DNA of 64,000 nt from Mytilus edulis. Taxonomy: Eukaryota. This document shows positions 11,301-23,300 of this stretch, piece after piece. The notes below the pieces were generated by a model. That model did not search any database and was not told where the DNA came from. It saw only the letters and a program-made list of their open reading frames with translations. Where the stretch lies: assembly GCF_963676685.1 (NCBI RefSeq), contig NC_092354.1, positions 77,500,001 to 77,564,000 of the forward strand. The letters run 5' to 3'. The translations under genes were made by a program, and so were the position numbers. Positions within the stretch are counted from its first letter, which is position 1. Every line of letters begins with the position of its first letter.

Positions 11301-14300
11301 TACATCTTGTTTCTGTTAATCCGTTTTTACTTACATCTCCAATCATAACACATTCTTCTGGTTGACAGTTGAATTCTCCCACCGATGACAGAAAGAAGCT
11401 GGCTTCAGGTTTACCTACAATGTGTGAGGTTGTATCCGTAGCATACTCTAAAGCTGTTACAAACGGACCTGTTAATATATAAAAAAGAGTATTAAAGTAA
11501 AAATTAGGTTTATTACAATGATAGTAAGCTAAGTAAGTTACAGTATCTATAAAATATCACAGTTTGCATGCAGAGGTGAACCTATGGTTTCTAGGAAAAG
11601 GGTAGATTGTCGTTCTCTTGGTTAAAACACTGATTTTGTTCATGACTTATGCCTACAAATGTTGTTATTTTTTCTGATCTAAAAAAACCTCTAAGTTTAT
11701 CTAAATCTGCACTGGCCTATGATTTAATACAGCACTTAAGTTTCACTGCTTGTCAATGATGAAAAATAGACGATAGTGTTGTGATTTATTTAGAACTTTC
11801 TGTGTAAAATATATTAATTACAAGAGGCTCTAAAGAGCCTGTGCCACTCACATATATATGTTAAACAAGAATATGTCCCAAGTACACGGATGCCCCATCT
11901 GCACTATCATTTTCTATGTTCAGTGGACCATGAAAATGGGATAAAATCTCTTATTTGGCATTAAAATTAGAAAGATCATATCATAGGGAACATGTTTGCT
12001 ATGTTCATGATGTTTCAAATTGATTGGACTTCAACTTCATCAAAAACTACCTTGACCAAAAACTTTAACCTGAAGCGGGTCGAACAGACGGACAGACAAT
12101 AGTACAGATGAACGAACGGAGGGATGCAAAGACCAGAAAACATAATGTCCATAAATGGGGCATAAAAACTACTGTGTGGTAAAATAAACATTAAAGGGTG
12201 ATAACTCAAATAAGAAGTTAACTGATGATTCGTAGATCTTGTCTTGCTGTTTATTAAATTTTAAAGTTTCTCCTTATTTTTTTTCCTTCAGACTTTTATT
12301 TGTATGTGAGTGATCGAGTTGCTCAAGTTTATTTACCAATAAATTCCTTTAAAAAGGCGTTTAATCCTATAATAATATCTTAATAAATCATATGAATAGG
12401 ATTCAACAATCAGTAGTTTGAAAACATGTTGTTGTTACACTATTGTATCCTTTAAATTTGAATAGAAAATATTTAAAAAGATAAAATAAAAAAATAAGAT
12501 GTAGTATGATCACCCACAAGACAAGAGGGGTATCAGGACCAATTGTATCCATTTTCATGCCCTTACTTTATCATTTCTCTGATTTTTGACTATGTTAAAT
12601 ACCTGGTCCTAGAGCTAGTTCGTCTGTCTTTTTATAATATCTGGCTTTATGGATAGCTATCAAAGGGCATCCATTTTGAATTAATCTGTAAAAAATGTAA
12701 ACTCAATTTAATTGTTAAGCTCATGAATGATATAAATAATATTTACAGCACTAGACTAGTGACTAGAGGGAATCTTAAGTTGAACTTTCTTTCTGATACT
12801 AAAATTTTTACATACATATATATATATAATTATATAAAATTGCTAATTCTATAAGTTCTTTTAAAAAAGTCACAACTATATTATTGAGGAACCAATACCA
12901 TTTAGAGCCTGGCATATTACATAAACTCTGTAATTGTAGACCCTCAGTCATGTCAGTATGTCTTGGATGTTTTGTGATGTTGGTGTGCTGCCTCTTTGAC
13001 ACATATACCCAGTATCTTTTTTCCATGTTTTGCGTTTATTAACACTTAAGTAATTTGAAATGCGCACTGAACAGGATTTTTTTATTAGTTACTATTTTTT
13101 CAGAAGACTGTACTAAATTTAACCTATAGTTATTCAAATTATTCTTCTTTGAAACTGTACAGAACCATGTTAAAAAATGTTAAATATATAGTATTTTTCT
13201 GCTACCTACCTAAAGGCTGTATTCATTGTCTTGTAGTTAAACTTATCAGGTGCCAGTCCAATTAACACAGCATTAGGATTGTCTGTTTGTATTCCTAAAA
13301 TAAATCATGTCTATTTGATGTAAGGGAGATAACTCAACTTTCTATAATAAAGTTTTAGCATTAGTAACAGCCTTAGAATTATTTTTTTAAGGGTGGTCTG
13401 AAGTCCATTTCTATTTTTTGCACTACCATAAAACACAATGTATGTGTATAATGTTTTCCGTACAAGGAATTCTGTGCAGAACTGCATTGTAAAAACATTT
13501 CTTCAACTTCTGTTGGTGAACTTTTTACTTTCAAATATACAGTCCCCCTAAGTTTATTGTTTTCTCATGGGCATATGAATTATCTGGCATTTTGACATAC
13601 TTTTGTATTCATGGATTTATAATTTATATAGTGGTTGCCCTGAGCCTGTATACTCACAGAATCAACTAAAGTTGATACCACACAAATAATTATGAATCCC
13701 TAGTACCGTAAACTCAGAAATGATTGTGAGGCTAGTTTTGCGGAAGATGCGACTGGGTGATAATCACAATAATAAAAACTTGCATTCAATATTTAATGCA
13801 CATCAAATTATGCAGATTTACCTGAAATAGTAATAAAGGAGTAGGTCCAGTAAGACCTCTTTTTGGCCCCAAAATATAGCAGTTTTACAAAATTGTGAAA
13901 ATGTAATCCTTTAGCTATTAAGTTATTAACTGGAAAGTAGAATGCTTCTGCGACATAAACATTGGCTGTTTTTGACAATACAATCCACATATATCTCGTA
14001 CTAGCATCAGCTAAGTCATGCTAAATTACTGAAATCTTCACAATTTTAGCATTTTAGTTAAATTTTAGACGGTTTCCATCTTAAATGAACATGATGAAAG
14101 TGGCCGCATTCGTGTTCATTCATAATATTGAAATGTAAGTTGTATTTGTTGATAATACATAATATATATATACATATAGGTTGAAGATGAACATGGATGT
14201 AGCCACTTTCGTTTTTGACAAAACCATCTGAAAAGTAAGGTTAATCTTTCACATAAACTAATTGAATTCAGTTAAAACAGACACTTAGGTGTTTAAAAAG

Positions 14301-17300
14301 TGTCCAAAATCTTTCGTTAGATGAACCTGAAATTTGAGGCCAAAATCGGCCCTTACTGGACCTACTCCTTTGCATTATTGTACTTTCTTCAAAACCGCAA
14401 TTATTATAATAATTGCATGCAATAATTTCAAAATTTACAGCATCCCTTTTTTATGTATAAATTTAACATAAGGGAATTTTCTTGATCTAATCACTGCTAT
14501 TGCTATAATCACTGATATTGCTAATAGGAATAGCAGTGATACATTGTATTATAAACAATTAACTACATTTACCTTTAAAATCTTCCAATGCTCGATCATC
14601 CACTATCATTAATGGTCTCAAATCTCTCTTCTCTATCAGTTCTCGTGCTGCTGTCAGTGAGGTAAATATCTCACTTGGTTTGATGTCAAACCCTATACCA
14701 TTCAGTCTATTCAGTAAACATTTCTTTGATTCTTTGGTTGTATTTGTTACAAATTTGACATTCACATTCTGGCTTCTTAATCTGTAACAAAGAAACATTT
14801 TATGTTACTAATGGCGCTTTTTTAATATCACATCCTCATATCAACATGAGACAGATTTTATCCATTAGATCACCAGTGATGGTGATACAAGTGTCACCAA
14901 GAGCCAATGCACTTCGAGTTTAAGGGGGACTATCGAACATGCACAGCCCAAGGTACAGAGGGTCAGTCTTTCGCAAGACTTAAGCAATGGCAGGCAAAAC
15001 TATAAAGCAAGCAGCAAGTTGTAACAGTTTTATATAGTAACAGGTCCAAATAATAATAATGATGCCAAAACAATTTACAAACAAATAAAGTCCAAATGTT
15101 CCAAATAATAAAGTCACTAATTTCACTAATCCAATTCACAGTTTAAAGTTAAAGTCCAAAATGTTCCAAATATTCTAAGTTGATGTTGTCTGGTTGAACG
15201 ATTACAGTTGTGTTGAGCTGTCTTTTGAGTACGGGTTTCTCCTGAGTAGCTGAGCCTGGTTGGCTTTTGAAGCACTCCTATCTGGATCACACCGACGAGA
15301 CTACACTGACGAATAACTGTTCGACTCCGATATTTAAGGCGAATCCTGAAAACTACTCATAAAATGACAGCCATTGCTAATTTTGATAATTGAGATAATT
15401 TGAGTATTAATAATATTGTTTACAATGTCCAAAGGTGAAATATGAATAATGTCAATTAGAGAGATACAAGTTAATTACATTTATAATCCTAATTAAAACA
15501 TAATATTGCTCAGATTAATTAATGACAATTGACAAGATACCAAAGTGTTGCTCAGAGCAATTATTAAGAAGCGACATGTTTCACAAAATTTACCTGAGTA
15601 ATTAAATTAAAAATTTGTCAAACAATTATTTCATAATTTCATATTTTCTAAAATAATATATTTTCTCAATAAAATTCATTTTAAAAACTTTTACCTAAAA
15701 GAACACCTATGACAAATTCCCCCCTTCTCCAATATGTTTGTCCTCAAACATGAGAAAATATACAAAAACAGTAAACGATAAACATAATAAATATATACAA
15801 TAATCATGAAGAATAAACTTATATACACAAGAAAATGCCGAGATAAAGATAACATATTTTTCAAGATAAGATGAAAAATTCAAGATTAGACAAAATTGCT
15901 AGATTAAGAAAATTGCCAGATAAGATATGAAAAGCAAGACTGATGAAAATGAAAAATAAGACAAGACATATACGCAAAGAAAAATTCTAGACTGAAAATT
16001 ACATAAAATTTTGGCTGTATGCTCCTTGTATAAGGTGGTCGGCCCTATACAAGTGCAGGGTGTGGAGTTGAATGACCAGTCCAACTCCAAAGGGTTTAAA
16101 TCATTGATCATAAATATCCTTTTTAAAACAAAATGTTACATAAAAATAAAACAAAACATACTAGCTAGTATTACAATAAAAATACAAGACACACTATATT
16201 TACAATACCGGTATCTATCTTTTTACAATTCTATAACTCCTTATTTGCCAATCTATGTGGCTATACTCTATAATATTCTCATTTATACCAATCTATGTGG
16301 TTATACTCTATAATATTTTCAGTTATACCAATCTATGTGGTTTTACTCTATAATCTATTCATTTCTTTGCCCATCTTTGTGGCTTTATAAAAATAGTAGC
16401 TACAATTCATTATTTCATTCTATAAAACACTATCATATTAAACAGTTGTACATGTACTATTCACAAATTTATCTTCTTCTCATACTTATTTCTATCTTGT
16501 ATTGTTGTTCTAACACATTTATAAAGTTATTTATTGACGCATTTGACAGACTATCAAATGTATCCCACTCTGGTGCAATGACTGGATTCCTGTATCCTGA
16601 TAAATATTCCGTTGTACCATCTATGTTGTATCGAATTTCGTGTATTTTTCCATCAGAGGCTATTTGAAAACTGCAGTCGCGTTGATTTTCCTTTCCTAAT
16701 CTTTTCTCCATAGCATATTGAATGTCTTGTTGTAAAAGAGCTTGTTTGAAACGTTCCTTATGATCTATTAAAACTTGTCGTGCGATATTTGGTGCTGAAG
16801 TCATTGATTCATATTTTGTAGTATTCCCAGATTTAATTAAAAAGTATGGTCGATTGTTAACAATTTTCACAGCCAATAACTGTTGATTTTCATCTTCTTG
16901 ATTTTGTTCATTTATGGTTTCAGTTTGTGTGCTTATATCAGCTTTGACTTTAGTTGAAATATATTGTACACTATTAACAGCTGGATCCGGTTTTGTGAAA
17001 AATTTATGTTTATTCTGCTGTAATGGACGTTTTCTTTTCTTTCCACTCATTGTACGTTGTGCATGAAATTCTCGTACTAATTTTTCTGGGACCTTGCATG
17101 GAAAATACCAATCTGTGTTTCTTGATTTATTAGTAAACTTAAGTTTATAATATAATGTACCATTACCTCTGACTGATGATAAAACTTGTTGAATCTCCTC
17201 TTCTTTGAATGCTTTACACTTATTGTTCTTACAATCCTGACACCATGGCTTGTTGTCTTTGACTGGTGCATTTACGGTTGAATCTCCTGAAGGGCCTACA

Positions 17301-20300
17301 GTTCTCTTATTTGTTTCACTATTTTGTGCTGGTTGTTGATTTTGTTGTTGTCTGTTGATTCTACCGACAGGAAGTTGTTGTTGGTTCTGAGCTGGCCTAT
17401 TGTTGTTAATTATAGGAATAGGTAGTTGTTGTCTATTGATTGCATTGTTAATTGGTGGTACAGGTTGTTGACGATTGTTCGGTAAAAGTTGATCATTATC
17501 ATTGATGTTGTCATCTTGTATTTCTTCTGGATTCAGTTCTTCGTTGTCATTTTGAAATTCATCTGGTAAATTAGTCGGTCTGTCTTTTGGATCATAATAT
17601 GGCTTCATTCGTTGAGCGTTTACCATTGACACAACCTCTTTGTTTGTTGCACAATTCCTAAGTTTGTAAGTATTATTGGGTCCAATGCGGGTAATATAAT
17701 AAGGTCCTGACCATTTTCTATGTAATTTTGGTGCTTTTCCAACAGGAACTTTGGTACAATAAAGCCAGACACGTTGAGCTGGTTGAAATTCAGGTTCTTT
17801 AGATTTTTTGTCATATTGTTGTTTATATCTTTCTTGAGCTTGCTTGATGTTCTTAGCAGCAATTTTTCTTGATGTTTCCAAATTTTGTAGAATTCTGCTT
17901 AGAAATATTTTATGATCTTGTGCCAAACGATCTTTTGGTATTAGTGCGGTGTCAATGGGTAATGTCATTTCTCGTCCATAAAGTAAAAAGAATGGTGAAT
18001 AATCAGTTGATTGAGTTGCTGGCGTAGCACGGTATGCCATTAAAATTCCAGGAAGAACATCATACCAATCATCTTGTTGATCTCTTGTATAGGCTCTTAA
18101 CGCTTGTAAAATTACAGAGTTCATTCTTTCGCATGCGCCATTTGTCTGTGGATGGTATGAGCTTGTAAGATGTCTTTTAATATTGAAGAGTTCAGAAAGA
18201 GCTTTAACTAAATTTGAAACAAAATTACGTCCGCGATCAGATAAAAGTGTTCTCGGAGCACCATAACGGGATATTATTTCTCTATATAAAACATTTGCAA
18301 CTTCACCTGCTTCTTCAGATCTTAACGGAAAAGCTTCACACCATTTTGAATAACTATCAACTACAAGTAGAACATGTTTGTATTTATCTTTGGTTGTTGG
18401 AAGGCCACTTAAAATATCCATATGCCATCGTCCGAAAATATCATTTGTTGGTTGTGGTTGTAAAGGTGGTGGTTTTGAATTGAAAGCGCGTTTGGACTGC
18501 TGGCACACTTCACACGTTTTTACATATTGATTAATGTCTTTATACATCGATGACCAAAAGTATTTGTTTCTGATTGCAGCATATGTTCGTTCAAATCCTT
18601 GATGTCCTCCTCCCAGAATGCAGTCATGATAGGCCTTGAGTATTGAATCACGGAGATTCCTTGGAACTGCAATCTGTTTGACAAGTCGTTCATCTTTAGG
18701 CACTTTCTTACAACGTTTTGAGTAGAAGTGTTTTAAAATTCCATCTTCTAACTCAAAGTTGAATGATTCGGCTACGACTGCCCTTGCAAGTTCTGGATTC
18801 TGTGGTACTTGTCCTGTCTGTTTGTATTTAATGATATGCACAAAGTCTCCACATGTCTCTTGTTCTTTGGCTAAATTGGTTAATTGAACATCATCGATTG
18901 TCGCGGTTTGTAAACTGGAAATAACTGCATCTTCATTTTCACCCTTATAAATAAATGTTACTTCAGTATAATCTTTCGGTATATCTATGGAGCCTAAATG
19001 GTCTGCAAGTTCACTAGAGTCATAAGAAGCACTATTGTTAATTTCTAAATGTTTTTGTCTGGATAAGCAGTCTGCTGGGTTTTTAGATCCTGCACGATGT
19101 TGAATTTTAAAATTATATCCTTGTAATAGCAAACTCCACCTACCAAGTCTTCCCTGACAATCTTTGACTTTCTGAAGGTATTTTACTGAAATATTGTCTG
19201 TATACACTGTGAACTCTTGATTTGCCAAATAATGTTTAAAATGTTGAACTCCTTCTACTAATGCTAAAGCTTCTTTGTCAGTAATATGCCACTTAAGTTC
19301 TGAACCCCTTAATTGTCTACCTCCATAAGCAATCACATGTTCTAATCCATTTTGAATCTGGCTTAAAATATATCCATTTGAAAAATCTGAAGAATCTGTT
19401 GCTAAAATGAAAGGTTTGTCTAAATGAGGAAACGATAAAATTGGAGCTGATGTCAAACGGTCTTTTAAATTTTGAAACGCTATATCACATTCTGAAGTCC
19501 ACTTGAATCTTTGATCTTTCTTTAAAAGCTGTGTTAATGGAGCTGCTATGTGGGCATAGTCCTTCACAAATTTCCTATAGTAGTTTGCCATTCCTAAAAA
19601 ACTTTTAACTTGCTTTGCAGTGGTTGGTCTTGAGAAGTCCTTAACTTTTTCTGTATTTTCAGGATTGACGCGGATGCCATCTTTTGATATAACATGTCCC
19701 AGATACTTGATTGTTCTTGTCGCGAATTTACATTTTTCAGGATTAAGTTTCAGGTTTGCTTCACGTAGGTTTGAAAACACTTGTTGAAGGTGATTAAGGT
19801 GGTCTTCAAAGTTCTTTGAGAAAATCAGAATGTCATCGATGTAAACCAATGCAATTTTGAAATTTAAATCCTTTAGCACTTTTGTCATTAAACATTGAAA
19901 AGTTAATGGAGAGTTCATCATACCAAAAGGAAGTCTATTAAATTCATATACACCTTTATGTGTAATGAATGCACTTTTATGCTTTGTTGTTTGGTCTAGC
20001 GGGACCTGCCAAAATCCTGACGTTAAATCGAGAGATGAAAATAGTTCTGGTTTTGAATCTGCTAAAGTGTCAAATATATCTGTCATAGTTGGAATCACCG
20101 CTGACATGGGTTCTGTTATACGGTTTAAAGCTCTATAATCTACACATACGCGTATACTTCCATTTCTTTTCTTAACAAGTACGACTGGACTATGCCATGG
20201 TGAGGTAGATTCCTCAATAATATTATTTCTTTCCATTTCATCAAGTTGTTTGTCTAGTTCTTTGCGCATTTGTGGAGATTGTCTATATGGAGCAGCACTT

Positions 20301-23300
20301 ATTGGTTTTGCATCACCAGTATAAATTGTGTGGTAATGCAAGTTGGTATGTCCCAGTTCACTTAAATCCTTTGCAAATATGTCCCTATTTTGAATTAGAA
20401 AATTTTGAATTTGTTGCTTTTGTTCCACTGAAAGTTCTAAATTGTCTAAATTAAATCCTAGTTCTGAAAGTTCACTACAAAGTTGATTACCAGTTGTTTC
20501 ACTAAGAGAGTTTATAGGAGCAGATGATCCTTCTGTGAACTTTGTAACACGGTTCGACTGTATAGTTTCGGCTTTCGCAATTTTAGTCCTCCTGGGAATG
20601 TAAACGGTTGAATTTGTAGGATTCATAAGTCTGTATGAAGCTATGCCTCTTAACACTGTAGAAATTGTCTTCCCTCCTGCTACTTGATGTTCAATGGATA
20701 AGTTTCCTTTAGGTTCTAAAATTACTGTTGTTCCATGTTTAAACTTTCCAACATGTACTGGAATTATGATTTCAGATTGCGGTTGTATTTCGACTAAATC
20801 CACTGTGGTTGCCATGGCAATCTGAACGTTGTCATCTATGAATGTTGGAACAGTAACTGTAGACACCATGTTCTCCTTTCCTTTCAGTGTAGCACTATCT
20901 TTTACTGTTACATTAGGCACAGATATTGTCATTTTTCCAAAATCCAAATTAACCTTATGAGTTACCAAGAAGTCCAAACCAAGAAGTATTTTTGAATGAA
21001 GCGTTTCAAAAATGTGAAAGTTTTGTAAAATTTTGTGTTCGCCGAATCTAATTTCCAAAATAGTTTTACCTAGCACTGGGTGTACTTCTCCGCATACTCC
21101 AACTCCACTAAAAATTGATGATCTCTGTATGTCAGCTTGTGGCTTTAGTTGTCTTAAAAGATGTTGACTTATACAACTTATAGTGGCTCCACTATCAATT
21201 AAGCACTTTTGATTTGAATTTTCAATGTTCAGGTACATAAAGTTTCTTTCTAAAGATGATTTAAATTCTATATCTGCTTCTCTTGTTGTAACAGTTGAAA
21301 GACTTGCACATTTTGATCTTTTGCAGCACCATATATTCTTAGTTCTTTTCTTTCCCATGACTTCTACTAAAAGAATTTTGGCTATATTAGATAAAATCTA
21401 TTCACAAAATAAAGGCAATATGCTACAAAAAATGTGTGTAAAACTACAAAATTTCTTGAATTTATTAGTAGTCTCAATAAAATATATATTCACAACTTTT
21501 CTATGAAGAAACGTTTTACTTTAATAACTAGCAATTTAATTTCGAGAATTATCATGAATATTGTTATTTCAAAAGCTACTTATCTTTTAGTCTCTGTAGT
21601 AATTCTATTTTGTTCACACAGTGCAGTTGTCCTTCTTTACAATTACATGTAGCTTGCCAACTTTGGTATAGCAACTTCTAAAGTTGAAAACTGAAACTAA
21701 ACAAGATTATAATTAGACTTCTGTAAATGATAGACTATGAAAACAAAATTCATTTGAATACTACCAATGACTTTTACAGATTTAAAACTAATTATATTTT
21801 TAATCTAGTTAAATTCAATCTTGCACAATATTTGCTGAAACTATAAAAATTTTAATATAACTGTAAAGATAAAATAATAAATAATATTCCAATAAGTTAC
21901 TTAGCTTCAATAGTTGTTTCTCATTCTCTGCTGTTCCTTTAGTTGAATTTTATTTATGAAATTTCTTCACAAATTTTGTAAGTAGATAATTTAAAAGTAA
22001 TTTTGAAAGCTGTTGCTAATAATAATGCCATGCCAAAGCTAATTGGATCGAAATGATGCCAACGGGCCCGCCACCAAATCTGTCACCAAGAGCCAATGCA
22101 CTTCGAGTTTAAGGGGGACTATCGAACATGCACAGCCCAAGGTACAGAGGGTCAGTCTTTCGCAAGACTTAAGCAATGGCAGGCAAAACTATAAAGCAAG
22201 CAGCAAGTTGTAACAGTTTTATATAGTAACAGGTCCAAATAATAATAATGATGCCAAAACAATTTACAAACAAATAAAGTCCAAATGTTCCAAATAATAA
22301 AGTCACTAATTTCACTAATCCAATTCACAGTTTAAAGTTAAAGTCCAAAATGTTCCAAATATTCTAAGTTGATGTTGTCTGGTTGAACGATTACAGTTGT
22401 GTTGAGCTGTCTTTTGAGTACGGGTTTCTCCTGAGTAGCTGAGCCTGGTTGGCTTTTGAAGCACTCCTATCTGGATCACACCGACGAGACTACACTGACG
22501 AATAACTGTTCGACTCCGATATTTAAGGCGAATCCTGAAAACTACTCATAAAATGACAGCCATTGCTAATTTTGATAATTGAGATAATTTGAGTATTAAT
22601 AATATTGTTTACAATGTCCAAAGGTGAAATATGAATAATGTCAATTAGAGAGATACAAGTTAATTACATTTATAATCCTAATTAAAACATAATATTGCTC
22701 AGATTAATTAATGACAATTGACAAGATACCAAAGTGTTGCTCAGAGCAATTATTAAGAAGCGACATGTTTCACAAAATTTACCTGAGTAATTAAATTAAA
22801 AATTTGTCAAACAATTATTTCATAATTTCATATTTTCTAAAATAATATATTTTCTCAATAAAATTCATTTTAAAAACTTTTACCTAAAAGAACACCTATG
22901 ACACAAGGCTGAAATACATTCTGTATATATATAATTTGTCTTAATATCAGCCGAAAGCAAAAATGTTTAATCTGTAAATTTGCTGATGCAAATTTTTGTT
23001 CATGTCCCTGGCCATGCTGGCCGGGATTTGTTTCAACCTTCTTGAATATTTAATTTGACGACGCCTTCATTCTGTTTCTTAATTTAAAATTTTGTTGAAA
23101 CCATATTTAATCCAACTGATTTTGTCAAATTTCTCCAAAATCTCAGACTTTTATTGTGACCTATTTCCGCAAGGTGGATTTAGAGGGTTTTTCAAGCCCC
23201 TCCCCCCCCCTGTTTTGTGGGGAAAAAATTGGTTGATCATATAGGGAATAACTGAAGCAGGCCAGAATATTTCTGGAACCGCCACTGATTTCAGATGTAA

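Larger units (their letters stand above)
14892..22903 (-). mobile_element. Ty3/Gypsy LTR retrotransposon, recent insertion in HDHD2 intron 1, lacking gag
   Basis: 823-bp LTRs at 14892-15714 and 22081-22903 (TGTCA...TGACA, no difference seen by eye), TSD CAAG on both sides, PBS-like TGGTGGCGGGCC after the 5' LTR, PPT GGAGAAGGGGGGAATT before the 3' LTR, and a single pol ORF. Confidence 0.97.

Noticed and set aside
21359-22080. Hidden or frameshifted gag upstream of pol
   Set aside because: Stop-rich AT sequence on the element strand; no zinc knuckle or capsid-like stretch seen. A remote-homology search is still advisable.
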